A stretch of 64,000 nucleotides of DNA from Podarcis muralis (GCF_964188315.1 NC_135668.1:33976001-34040000), one strand, 5' to 3'. Positions 24,784 to 37,050 are shown, numbered from the stretch's first letter. Numbers and translations: made by a program. The notes: generated by a model from the sequence alone, not told the origin.

Positions 24784-27700
24784 CAGAAGAGCAAAGCGGA
24801 ACTGCTTCGTTTGATGATAACATGGCTATATCAAGATAACTGATATATGGTCTTATAACGTGTGCTGCCTGCTGTCCAGGATCTTTCTACCGTCCACTGC
24901 TAGGAAAGGTTTCCTCCTCCCACCTCCCCAAATTAAAATTAAACCAAACCACCTACAGGGAAGTGAGAGGAGAAGGAACAGGAGGGCTGTTTCTGGTCCC
25001 AACCAGGCAAGAGAAGGGATACGGGCTCCTTTGCAAGACCCCTTTCTGCATAAGTGCAACAGAATTTATTGTGATAATTTTCAGAGAATCGCAGCAATGC
25101 TCTCTTCCATCCAGTTGCTGCCTCAATCCCTAGAATGCATGAACCCGCCCCCAACCCCTTTTCAAAACATCAGAGCAACACCAGTCAAAGAACTGCTCAC
25201 AATGGACAATCCCTGGAAGAAGAAGGCCTTAATTGTGGAAAACCAGCCACGATAAAAGCACTTGATACGAGGGAGTACTTGAATGGAATGTACCGGTAAA
25301 TCCCACCTTCCCAAGGTTGAAACTGGTTGGGATCTTTTGAAGGACAAAGATTTTCTTACATAAGGGGACAGAGACACAAACAGTCATTTGTGGCAAGGAA
25401 AACAGAGTGGGGGTGGGGCAGAAAAAGAAAGGGAATGGACACAGCGAGGAGAGCAAAGAGAGCGTCATTTCACAGGGGGCTTTGCAACCCTCTCCCCAGG
25501 TGCAAATATGGATTTGGGGGAGTGTTGGGTCAGGAGAAAGTGGGTCATCAAAAACTGATCACCTGCCACAAAAGGGAGGTTTTAGGATGGAAACACATAG
25601 CACAAACAAACGAACAGTGGTAATGCTAATCACACTCAGAGTGAATCTATTGAAATTAATGGACGTGGCTAACTTAGGTTCACTAATTTGAGTAGGACTT
25701 GGTTGGATACAACACAGTGCAGAAAATGATGTGCTTCCTGCTTCTCTTTTGTCGTCAGGCTCTTCCCATCAAATTCAAGATTTGGCTAAGGTCTTTTGAG
25801 TGTGGGTTGGGGAGGGAATCTGAGAAGAAAAGATGAGCACAAATGCTACATTTTCTGTAACTACAGAAGATAAGGACACAAGATTCTCTGGGCTGGGTAT
25901 GTTCTACAAGTGTTGTAATCAGCCCTGGGGACAGCATTCATCATCCTTTGGAATCTAAGCTTTCCTTAAAAAAAAAAAAAAGGTTACTAGTCCTCAAGAC
26001 TTCCAAGATAAATTCTGGGGGTCAGAGGTTGGGACTTTAGTGCCTGGCTATCTGTCTCCCAGTATCTTTGCTGGTGAATTTTGATTACATTTTTTTGAGT
26101 GCAGAATATGTGATATGTAGAAGGAACTTTATCCCAGGTCAAAATTGGTTAGCAGTCTGGTTTTTATCACCCTTTGACCTCTTCAAACTCTACAGTTCCA
26201 TTTAAAAAACAGTCACATATTTTGGACTTGCAAGAAATGGGTGGGTTTATTTTAGGTAGTCACTTGCCTTTCAAGTAGTTAATTGGTTAAGTTTCATAAG
26301 CACTCGCAGTTTTGATAAACAAAACCTGCCAATCATTTGCTAAAAGGACATCCTTAGAGTCCCTTGGCGGGATGGTTAACAAACCAGAACCAAAACTGCT
26401 ACAAAACAAAACTCCCCGATTAAAATATTCCTTCACCGATGGAAACAGCCCCCTGCCATTCAATCAACTAGAGTAGTTGATTAATCCACTGATGAAGCTG
26501 ATGAAAAGCTTGCAGCACAAATTCCAATGTGAACCTGCCCAAACTGTTTGCTTGTTTTGATACTACAATTGAACCTTTAAATTTCTGGGAGTGGTGATGG
26601 GAAGGGTGTCCAAGACAAACTACAGAAGGCGTCTAAGAATGTTATTCTTGGGTAGAGGCTGTCTGGCTAGTCTGAATCGGCTTCCTGTTCCTCAGGAAAG
26701 AAGGACCATCCAGGAGGGGTGGAGAGGAGCTAAGATGCTCAAGTCAGGATGTTGGTGGTGGTGATGAATTCATGGAGGATGAGACTGTCATTGGCTACTA
26801 GAAACAATGGCTTGCTCGGCCTTCACAGTCAGAGCCAGCAATGTTTCTGAATATCAGTTGCTGGAAAGCAAAGCGGTCTTGTGCTCAGGTTGTGCTTGCG
26901 AGTTTCCCCCAGGCATCTGCTCAACTACTGTAAGAACAGGATGCTGGACCACATGGGTCATTGGCCTGATCCAGAAGCCAGAAGCTCTTCTGATGTTCTT
27001 ACAATGAGAGCACCTGGAAAGGCTCACAAGAGACACTGGGCATTGTCAGAATTGAAATTGTCCCCCCAAAATTAGACCAATGGGGAAGGTTCCTTGAAAA
27101 TGAGATGTGGTGTGAAGTGGGATGAGATTCCCTAAGAAGGATAGGCTAGATTTGGGGAAATGATGGAGACGAAGTGAAGCTGTGTCCTCAAGAAAGGGTT
27201 TTTTTTTGGGGGGGGGAGGAAATAGATTAAGCGGTGGCTCTGGAAATAGATTAAGAAGGGAAACCCGCCCCCACAATGGGAATGATGGGGAGAGTGGAGA
27301 GTTCAACATGGAACTGGAGGAGAGTGACATTGGGGGGGGGGGCGAGAAAGACCGTAAGGCAGTGGTGGCAGCTGTTTTGGGACCACAACTCCCATCATCC
27401 CTAGCTAACAGGACCAGTGGTCAGGGATGATGGGAATTGTAGTCCCAAAACAGCTGGAGGGCCAAGTTTGGCCATCACTGCCGTAAGGGGTTGAGGCTGA
27501 GGGGGCAGGATGTTGTAGAGGTAGAAACATGGGGGGGGGGGGAGGTGAAGAGGGCTAATAAGAAGCCTTCCCACTAAAAAGGGGGAGGGCGAAGAGAGCG
27601 ACTGGGAAGAGAAACCAGACAGAACCAGAGATCTCCGAGAAGAGGACGCAATAAAGAGATTGGGAGGGGGCAATACTGGAAAAGGTTATCCCCAGTAGAT

Positions 27701-27949
27701 CAGGGAGGCACATTGATGTCCCCTCCCCCCCCCCGCAAAAAAAAAAGATGGGAGAAGCAGGATGCAATAATAGATGAAAGGGAAAGAAAATTAATTGCTT
27801 AAAAGGGATTACATAAAGACCCCCTCTACTGTATTAAGAACTGAAGGGAAGGGATTGCTGCTCCTAATTATTATCTATCCAGTTCACAGGTAGGTATAAA
27901 ATGGAGGCTATCTTCTCGCCTCCTTCCCGAGATAAGCGGAAGAGCGGCA

Positions 27950-28310
27950 AAGAAGCAGAGCCCTCCCCCTACTCACCGCTTTCCAGGCAAACGCCGGCTC
28001 GCTCCGACCTCAGCCGCTTTCGCCCCCGTCTAGCCGCGCCGCCGCCGCGGTCCCCTGCTTGCAACTGAGCAGCCGGGAGGGCGGATCGCAGCTGGCCCGC
28101 TCGCCGAACGCGCCGCAGCCAATCGGAGCCGAGCTTTCGCCGCTCCGTTGCGGCGCCGGCCAATGGGAGAAACCGAGTGCGACACACCCCTCCTCCGAGG
28201 AGGGGAGGGGAAGAGTTGTTTTGTGCGGTTGGGAGGAAAGAGGGTAAATCTAAAGGACGGGGGTGGGCGAGATGGAGGGAGGCAGGCAGGCGGATGGGGT
28301 TTGCCTCTGA
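27950..28310 (-). promoter_or_regulatory. ABAT CpG-island promoter with a GC box and two CCAAT boxes
   Basis: Dense CpG. GGGCGG at 28079-28084; AGCCAATCG and GGCCAATGG with CCAAT at 28119-28123 and 28160-28164, 41 nt apart (NF-Y-like). Confidence 0.75.
27977..28100 (-). other. ABAT: ABAT non-coding exon 1 (5' end approximate)
   Basis: GC/CpG-rich segment with no ATG, ending GCG|gtgagt at 27977. It is the only CpG island upstream of the first coding exon. Confidence 0.75.
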
Positions 28311-28464
28311 GACCGTGACAGGTGGTCCCTTTGATCAGCCCTTGGGGATGGGCAGTTTTTAACAGTGGTACCATTTCTTTTGAAACGCAGAGGAAGTACG
28401 TATCAGGCTCAAGCCTACCTGCATCAGATCTCCCACCCTCCCTTGGAAGATCTGGCTTACAATA

Positions 28465-28669
28465 CAGTGGTACCTCGGGTTACATATGCTTCAGGTTACA
28501 TACGCTTCAGGTTACAGACTCTGCTAACCCAGAAATAGTGCTTCAGGTTAAGAACTTTGCTTCAGGATGAGAACAGAAATCGTGCAGCGGCAGCAGGAGG
28601 CCCCATTAGCTAAAGTGGTGCTTCAGGTTAAAAACAGTTTCAGGTTAAGAACGGACCTCTGTACCACTG
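28465..28669. mobile_element. Tc1/mariner (Tigger/pogo-like) MITE, 205 bp
   Basis: TA TSD, TIR CAGTGGTAC, and repeated internal (GC)TTCAGGTTA units. Confidence 0.85.
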
Positions 28670-29767
28670 TATTCCCCTTGGCCCTGCTTACTTACAACAG
28701 GGGAGAGGATAGTATTATTTTTAAAAAGGGAAAGAAGTCCTTATTTATGCAGTATAAGTAGTGAGTTGTCTATTCCCCCCCCCCTTCATTCTGTGTATAT
28801 ACATAACTAACTGACAGGTAATTTGTTTAGAGAATAATGTGTAAATAACGTGTTCCTTTGTAAGCATTTGCCACATTCACCCCACACATTTTAAATCACT
28901 ATGATGGCCTTTCTCAACCTGTGGGTCCCCAGATGTTGTTGAACTACAACCCCCATCACCCCTAGCTAGCAAGGCCAGAGCTCAGGGATGATGGGAGTTG
29001 TAGATGGCTCCTTCCCCCAGAGAATTCTGGGAGCTAAAGTGTGTTAAGGGTGTTAAGAGTTATTAGACCACAGTTCCTCCCCCCACCCCTGCAGCCCCAG
29101 CTACAGTTCCTAGAGCTTCCTGGGAAGACAGATTGATTACGAAACCTCTCTGCCAACTGTAGCTCTCCTGCAGTTACAGGATATCAGCAGGAAGCTGCAG
29201 TTCATGCATTGACTGGGGGAAAAAATCAGAAATCCACCCCAAAACTTTTGCAGACACAAATAGTATTCAAGGCAGGATCAAGTATAACCACCCCATGCTC
29301 TCATGAGCACAAATAATCACAAACATCAGAAGGATATTTGGAAGGGCCCTAATGGGGCTTACTCGCAAGTAAGTGGGGGGGTAGGATTGCAACCCTAGAT
29401 TAATTACATCCATTGAACCCAAGTGTGTTCCAAGCAGAGACCTTGGTCTGATTCGGCAAACCAGTACTTGATGTTCTTAGGGAATTCTGCTCTTCACTGC
29501 ATATCAGTGATAAACACACAGATTGGTGCACAAGCTGGCTGGCTGCTCATATATGCCCTTTTTTATAGCTGAAATTTAGCAACCGAGAACTTGGCCCTGC
29601 TAGTAAAAGATAGTAAATAAGTGCACGATGACACATCCTCTTGTAACCTTGCCGACTGTTCTGATTAGACCCTCCTAATGCCAGATTATGCAATTGGCGC
29701 TACAAAGAAAACCAGTAGGCAATTTGAGAAATAGCCAACCTGGACAGAGAGCAGAAACAAGGTCAAT

Positions 29768-29908
29768 GTCTGGTGCAATGGGTCAGTGCATCTGGCTGTT
29801 AACCAGAAGGTTGGTGGTTCGAGCCCACCCAGGGATAGCTGTGGTGGGCAGAATTACTGCATTGCAGGGAAATGACCCATGGGATCCCTTCCCATTCTAT
29901 GATTCTAT
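29768..29908 (+). mobile_element. SINE with a tRNA-Asn(GTT)-like head and a CR1-derived tail
   Basis: GGCTGTTAACC anticodon arm and GGTTGGTGGTTCGAGCCCACCCAGGGA, as in vertebrate tRNA-Asn; ends ATTCTATGATTCTATG. Confidence 0.75.
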
Positions 29909-30239
29909 GGAAAGTTACTTTCAAAATCCTCCTCTACAAATTTTATTGTTCTGTATTCCCACAGTATTCTCACACACAAATATTCACTGAATATTTGATA
30001 CCTGTTTCAATGTAAGGACAAAAGAAGAGCCTGCTGGACCAAGCTAATGGCCCATCTTATCCAGTATATCTTGTTTTTACAGTGGACAACCAGGTGCCCG
30101 AGGGCAAACCACAAGCAGGACTCTACCTTCTCCTTGCAGTTTGCGGCAGCAGGTCTTCAGAAGCACTGCTGCGACTGGCCTTTGAGGCGGAGCATAGCCA
30201 TCATAGCTAGTAAACCATTGAGGGTCTTATCCTCCACAC

Positions 30240-30464
30240 TGGGGAGCCAGTGTGGTGTAGTGGTTAAGAGTGGTAGACTTGTAATCTGGGGAACCGGGTT
30301 TGCGTCTCCACTCCTCCACATGCAGCTGCTAGGTGACCTTGGGCTAGTCACACTTCTCTGAAGTCTCTCAGCCCCACTCACCTCACAGAGTGTTTGTTGT
30401 GGGGGAGGAAGGGAAAGGAGAATGTTAGCCACTTTGAGACTCCTAAAAGGGAGTGAAAGGCGGG
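30240..30464 (+). mobile_element. Young MIR/Ther1-derived squamate SINE (Squam3-like); tail falls into the assembly gap
   Basis: GGGGAGCCAGTGTGGTGTAGTGGTTAAGAG head and GTGACCTTGGGCTAGTCAC core. Older minus-strand relatives lie at about 4060-4255, 35085-35190, 43805-44010 and 54400-54605. Confidence 0.8.
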
Positions 30465-30594
30465 NNNNNNNNNNNNNNNNNNNNNNNNNNNNNNNNNNNN
30501 NNNNNNNNNNNNNNNNNNNNNNNNNNNNNNNNNNNNNNNNNNNNNNNNNNNNNNNNNNNNNNNNNNNNNNNNNNNNNNNNNNNNNNNNNNNNNN
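30465..30594. other. Assembly gap of 130 N
   Basis: Run of N in the sequence. Confidence 1.
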
Positions 30595-33590
30595 CCATTA
30601 AAACCATTTCTGAGAATTACTGACGTTTGCAAAATGACTGCAAGTATCAGTAGCTTCATTTGCCCAAACATTGATTTTGGGACTAGAGTTTAAATTTAAA
30701 ACAAACTGAGTTGTAGCCAATGTTAGTTCTACTCAGAGTAGACCTATTTAATTGACATGATTTAGGTCCATTGTGTCTATTCTAGCTCAGTTAGAGCTTT
30801 CAATCTGAGCTTGCTGCCAATAACCAATTGCTTGTCACTCTCTCTGCTTTCTAGATTTGAGTGTTAAATAACATTATGCTTTTTTGACCCAGAAGCCTTT
30901 CCCCTTTTCATTTCCTTCACCTCGCCCTCAATTATTGTATTATCTGCATTGTCCCAGCCTAGTTCTTCAAATCCTCCTGCCGAAGCATTAATACCCGGTG
31001 GGGGCTGACATCTTTAATCATGCTACGTATCATATGCCAGTACAGTTTAAGTGCATGATGTACAATTAAAGATGGCAACGTTCTGGGAAAACAGCTCTGC
31101 TGAGATTTTCAAAGGAACAACAGGCAAATTTGGTGAGATGAAGGGAGGAGGGAGAGCTGAGTTCTCTGCTCAGGTCTCTTCCTGACCAATGAGAGCAAGA
31201 AAAAAAAGGTAGAATTTGCTAGAGCAGCAGTGTTCCTGAATAACCTGATTTTCAGCCAACATCAAAGACTAGATGACCCTCAAGGTCTCTTCCAACTCTA
31301 CAATTACATGATTCTGTATCTGGAAATGGCCTTTAGCAAGTGTAACAGAGCTTTTCAGCCAACCATTGGGCTGGTTAGTGTGAAATTCTCTTTCCATGTG
31401 CCTCCAAGGACTGCAGAACACTGGCTCACAACTCTCCAAACTCACATGTCCAGACACAGTGCATAACCTTTCCTATCTTTGGGTCCTATGTGAGTTTTGC
31501 CCTGCAACACCTAGGGAAATAAGAAACTGCCTTATACCAAGGACATGCCTGTCTAGTTCAGTATTGTTGGTAACTGGCAGAGGCTCTCCGGGGTTCCAGG
31601 CACGAGCTTTTCCTACCTGGAGACCGCAGGAGAAGTGATCTAGCTTGGTGGAAGAACATCTGCTTTGCATGCAGAAGGTCCCAGATTCATCCGTGGCATC
31701 TTCAGATCCACTTGTGCATGTGGTCTCCCGAATAGGATAAGCATTTGGACATTGGAGAGGCAACTCCTCTGTAATAAGTAGGGAGCACTGTTGAGAGGCC
31801 AAGTGAGGAAACAGAGTGCAGGGTAGCTGTGTTTACAAGTGAGGGGAGTGAGGCAGACAGCAAGGGGCAAGCAGAGCCTGAGAACAATTGAAGAGGGACG
31901 CAGCAGGAGTCTTCCGACTGGCAAACAAAGGGTGACCTAGAAAGCGACACAGGGTGTGAGAGCCAATCACACAAGGGGTCACTTGTCACCAATCTGAGGC
32001 TGACATCAAGGCAATCCTTGCAGAGCTTATTCAGGAGGGCGTGCCATATTTCTGAATCGTGCATACGCACAGACAAGAGTATTCTCCAAAAACAAAGCTC
32101 ATGGTAAAGTGAAGCTGAATCAGAGTATCCCAGAATTCTCCTCTGCCCTACTTTCAGGAGGAGTAGTCCTCTCTAAAGGATGCAAAAGCATACTGAGCAA
32201 AAATGGAATGTAGCTACCCTTTTGCTAATGTTCACATGAACACAGCGTAGAAACAGGGCTGTGTCGTCGTAAGCTCTATTTGCACATTCAAAATTAGTGT
32301 CAGGGCTTAAACTGGGAAGTGAAGCAGTTGTGCGCACCTTGATCTCCCCACGTACACTGGGCATGTCTGCCCCACTCAGAGTTCCCAGGCTGAGTGCAGA
32401 AGGTCTGATGAAGGTCTGATTCTCAAGATCAAAAACCCTGATTATTGCAGAGGTTCCTGATTGTGGGGAGAATTTCTTCGTTCATACCTGGATTTCAGAA
32501 GAGATGTGACCTCCAGTCTTAAATTTATTGTTTACTAAAATATGGCGGAACCGGAGAGCTATTCTACATGGGATGCAGAAGGACGTGGTAGAGTGCTGGG
32601 GTGCCCCAGTGCAGAAAGGGCATTGCATTTTTGAATGCTCTTATGCAGCAAAACCAGCACATCAGAATGTAAACTTCTCTCAATAATACAAGTTTCCTTC
32701 CAGAATTCTACCACATCACTCTCCCAACTTACTTTGCATAAGGTACAGAACAGCACCCATTCACACGCAATTGCTGTTTTCACCCTGTGCAAAATATGCA
32801 TGATGTAATAAATGAAGACAATTGGGAACAGGATTGTAGAAAACAAAAGATGCCTGCAGAGTTGAGCAGAAGACTTATTTTTAAATCCTGTTTTTCACCT
32901 CAAATCCCAAAGAGATTAAGGGGGTTGTTCCTTTTGTCTTCCACATACATGCAATAGTTCTGCTTCACAGTGCTGCAATTCTCCAGGCAACCCTCTTAAC
33001 CTAATCTTTCTTTTGTATAGGAAATACTCAAATCGTTCAATAGAACAACTGTACTTTTGTTCTTCGAAAACTACTGTGCAATCAAATCTCCAGTGGGAAA
33101 AGTCTGGCTAGAAATCTCGCTCAGAAAAGAAAAGCACTGGAATTTCCAACATAAGATCGCTTAATGTGGCTCAGTTACCTCTGTGTGCTCGCAACCAAGC
33201 TGGTTAAAGGACTGGCTCCTCTCCTACCAACCAGCTCCTTCAGTGCATGTTCATGGGCAATGCTGGACTACATAGATATCACATGGAGAAGAGGCAGGTA
33301 TCTCTTCTTGTCCCAGAACAGAGATGGGGAGTCTGTGGCTCTCCAGGTGTTGTTGGACTCCCAGCTCCCAGCAGGCCTGACAATCATCATAGTCAATAGG
33401 CAGGGACAGTACAAAGTGTAGTTCTGAAATCTCTGGAATGCCACAGGCTCCCTATTCCCATCCTAGAACATTCCAGTGCTGCTCTTTGTGGATATTTAGT
33501 CTGAACCTGATAACTGCAATGACAGAATACTCACAAGTAAGGCCACTATACTTTGTTATGTCTAGACTACTTAAGTCTTCAGTCAGGTCA

Positions 33591-33609
33591 CAGTGACATC
33601 TAGTGGTGA
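33591..33609 (-). promoter_or_regulatory. CTCF-like motif between METTL22 and the ABAT promoter
   Basis: Minus strand TCACCACTAGATGTCACTG fits the CCACYAGRKGGCRC core with one tolerated substitution. Confidence 0.55.
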
Positions 33610-33724
33610 ACTGTAAACATCTGAATCCCCCCCCCCCCCATATTCTATGGTACACAAAGTAATTTGATTTGGGCATGCTGGAAATTCAACAATCCCAGCC
33701 TGCTACCATTTCATGAAAATAAAT

Positions 33725-33835
33725 TCCTTCCAGTAGCACCTTAAAGACCAACTAAGTTAGTTCTTGGTATGAGCTTTCGTGTGCATGCACACTTCTTCAG
33801 ACCAATGGCAGACCAACACGGCTACCCATCTGTAA
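33725..33835 (-). mobile_element. Penelope-like-element-derived 111-bp insertion with a 12-bp TSD
   Basis: Flanked by identical ATGAAAATAAAT at 33713-33724 and 33836-33847; contains a PLE-type minimal hammerhead core. Confidence 0.8.
33764..33805 (-). ncRNA. Type I minimal hammerhead ribozyme motif with imperfect stem I
   Basis: Minus strand reads UUGGU-CUGAAGA-A-GUGUG-CAUG-CACAC-GAAA-GCUC-AUACCAA: full catalytic core, 5-bp stem II, palindromic AGCU stem III and a CUC cleavage triplet. Confidence 0.72.
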
Positions 33836-36159
33836 ATGAAAATAAATGTTCTTGAAAGGACACCAGAGATAGCATTTTAACAGGCAGCTCATCTCATCTC
33901 AAACTCAAGTAAGAAAGATACTGCATTTCCACCCCGCTTGGTTTTAATGTATGTGGGTGGGTTTGTTTTTTGGTCATTTTGCAAGTTGCTTTGAATTGCA
34001 GTGGCTAAGAAAAAGCAATATCTTTCTGGGCCAAATTCAAATTCAAGGTCATTTTATTAATTTACAAGGCCCTTAATAACTTGGGTCCAGAATACTTTAA
34101 GAACGACCCAATCCCTTATATCTCTGCCTGATCACAGGTATTGTCAGTGTCTCTGCAGTCCCCCTTGGTTCAGATGCTTGGCTTGTAATGACCAGAAGTC
34201 ATGCATTCGGCGTTGTGGGCCCAATCCTGTGCAACTCCCTCCCAGATGAGATTAGACAAGACCCCTTCCTGCTGAACTTCAGGCGCTTGATTTGACAGCA
34301 GAAATTTTCAGGTAGTTTTCTGCTTCTGCGATAAGCGAATTTTAATAGTTCTTATTCATCTTACTTAAAACAACAACCCCATTTTATGTACACTGCTTCG
34401 AAATTCAGAATATTAAGCAGCATATAAATACCTGAAATAAATAAATGCCTAAGACTGTGATGAGTCCACAGCTGTCCTCCGTTTGCTAATAAGGAGTTTT
34501 CAGAAGGGTCTGAAATGCACATTGACTTGTGTCATTCTTTAGTCAAAATAAAGCATGCAACCAGGTTTTGCGTATTCTATGATTGTGCTGCATAATCTTG
34601 GATGCCAGTCGTTTCTTCCTCCTAGGCCAGGGGTGCTGTTTTGGGCTTCCAGGAGGCTGGCCTAGCAAATGTAAAGTGACGGTATGAAGATGCACCTATC
34701 TTCATACAGAGTTCCTTAATTTTATTTGCTCATTGGCTGTTGCTATGGTTATTAACATAAGAACAGCCTGCTGGATCAAGCCAATGACCCATCTCGCCTA
34801 GCATCCTGTTCACACAGTGGCCAACCAGATACCTATGGGAAACCTTCAAGCAGGACCCACAGACCCTCTTCTCCTGTGGTTTCCAGCAAGTGGCATTCAG
34901 AAGCATTACTGCTTCCGACCAGAGAGGCAGAGCATAAACACTGTGGCTAGGAGCCAATGATAGACCAAACCTTGTCCATTGTTTGCATTTGTACTATATA
35001 CATTATATTGCTCTTTGCTAACAGGAGTTCAAGGCATTGTACATCGTTCTCTCTCTCTCTCTCACACACACACACACCCAACACTATCTTCACAACCACC
35101 CTGTGAGGTAGGTTAGTCTGAGAGAGAATGACTGGCCCAAGTTTCATGACTCAGTTTGAATTGGAACCTGGTTTCTGCTCCACTAACATTAAAAGTCCAA
35201 CGTTGTTCATACCAGTTCCTGATTTCCCAACCCTTGAGGGCGCTTCACCAGTTTTTCGCCTTCATCTCTGCTGGCAGGCTCTAAGGTATATGGAGCCTCT
35301 TGATTCTCCACAGAGTGTCCTCCTTACAGCCCCATTTCTTCGAAGCAGGATTCCTGTGAAGGAGAGTCCCTGTGGTCCGTCTGCCCATGGAGGGCTGCTT
35401 CACTGCACAGGAATTTGTTCCTGGACATAGAAATCAGTATGCTGAGTGTCTCCAAAGGTAGGTAATGAGCAGCGAATTCTCAGAAATGAGATGAGCAGGT
35501 TGACCTAGGGACTGGAACTTCCTGGACTTCTCCACGCTGAGCAGAAACAAGATAAATTACACAGGTGAGCCAATAGCATGATTTTGCTTAAGGAATGTAG
35601 GTGATGGTAACATTCAGCTTTCTTATCCTTACTACAGAACGGAGGTTACTTTGGCCTGGGATTTTGAATTGTAACACTGAAGAGCAGACACAGCAGCAGA
35701 CCGAGGACAAAAAAATACCATCAATTACTTCCAGGAGGGCAAATCTGCTTGTCTTGTGCATAGCACCTAAAGGCACCTTTACCAATGTGATGCCCTCCAA
35801 AGGTTTCGGACTACAACTCCGTCCTCCCCCCCCCCCCACAAAAACTGGGGGAGTTGTAAGCCAAAACATCTGGAGGGTATCATGCTGGTGAAAGTTGCCT
35901 TCAAGACTAACAGATTTCTTGCGCCAAAGGTTTCCGTGAATTGCCCCACTTCTTCATATGTGTACAAACGTTAACCATTTCTACATACGAGTTAGAAGGG
36001 TCCAGTGAATGAAAAAGCCCACACAGTGATACATCTGTTCCTCTTTAAGGTGCCACAAGCATATCTGTTATAAGAATATAATTGACATAATGGGAAGGAG
36101 GCACCTAGTAAACTAGCAGTGCTCCCTGGTAGGCAATTTTCTCTCTCATATATATATTA

Positions 36160-36760
36160 TAGAATTTTTTAATTAAATTTTCTGTTTTACAATTTTGAAT
36201 ACTCATTTAAACATCCTTAAAATATCAATGACATCCCTTCTTCTCCTTCCATGGTTCATTTTGCATACCATAAATCCCTGCATATTTTACATAAACTAAA
36301 CCATTCAGTATTCCATTATTACATCCATCAAAACTTACTTACACTGTTGAATTTATCTTAATGCTGCCCACGTTTTCAAGTGTACACAATTCCCCCCCAT
36401 ATATTCAATAAACATTTTCCAATCTTCTTTAAACGTATGTTCTTCTTGTTTTCTTATTCTATATGTTAGGTCCACAAGCTGCGCATATTCCATCATCTTA
36501 AGTTGCCATTCTTCTTTAGTTGGGACCTCACTCATTTTTCATTTTGGGGCTAACAAAAATGGGCTGCAGTAGTGGTATACATAAATAACCCTTTTTGATA
36601 CCTGGGAATTTCCGTCTGAATTATCCCCAATGAAAAGGACTCAGGTGGTTTTTTTTGGAAAAGGACTTTAAAACATTTCCCCCCAATTCATTATGGATTA
36701 TTTCCCAAAATGCTTCTACCCTTTTACAGGTCCACGACATATGAAAAAATGTTTCCTCAA
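36160..36760 (-). mobile_element. 5'-truncated L1/Tx1 LINE 3' end
   Basis: Minus-strand translation ETFFHMSWTCKRVEAFWEIIHNELGEM (tail of the zinc knuckle), plus ORF 36353..36535 (PTKEEWQLKMMEYAQL...EDWKMFIEY). Confidence 0.85.
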
Positions 36761-36961
36761 CCTCTTTGCATCTCCAGCACATATCTGATTCAGATAAGAA
36801 TCTGAATCTGAATCAGACCTGGTATGCAATTTTCCCACCTCGTATCCAAACTGATGGTCTTCTGGAGCTGCACATGTCGTTGGAACAAAAACCAAACATA
36901 TCACAGAGGGTGATATCGTTCATAAATCACACCCAGACTATTAACTGATGCTATGCACATA

Positions 36962-36967
36962 TTTAAT
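36962..36967 (-). terminator. Candidate METTL22 polyadenylation signal (ATTAAA)
   Basis: First ATTAAA/AATAAA-type hexamer noticed, about 85 nt after the stop. Usage is unverified. Confidence 0.25.
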
Positions 36968-37050
36968 ATGCTTTTCTAAACACATACCCAGGATCTGTTT
37001 GGTCCTGGCTCCATTTAAATAATTATTTCAGACAGAACCCTACAGGCAAA

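Noticed and set aside
26488-26515. CTGATGAAGCTGATGAAAAGCTT as a hammerhead
   Set aside because: No stem II lies between the core motifs; it is a short tandem CTGATGAA duplication.
29768-29836. Functional tRNA-Asn gene (likewise the Lys-like, Ile-like and Ala-like heads)
   Set aside because: The acceptor and D arms are broken, there is no oligo-T terminator, and each head runs directly into a SINE body or CR1 tail.
30465-30594. Hidden feature in the N run
   Set aside because: An assembly gap at a SINE simple-repeat tail; its content is unknown and cannot be interpreted.
32361-32370. p53 site GGGCATGTCT (also GGACATGCCT near 31540)
   Set aside because: Only single half-sites, which are expected by chance.
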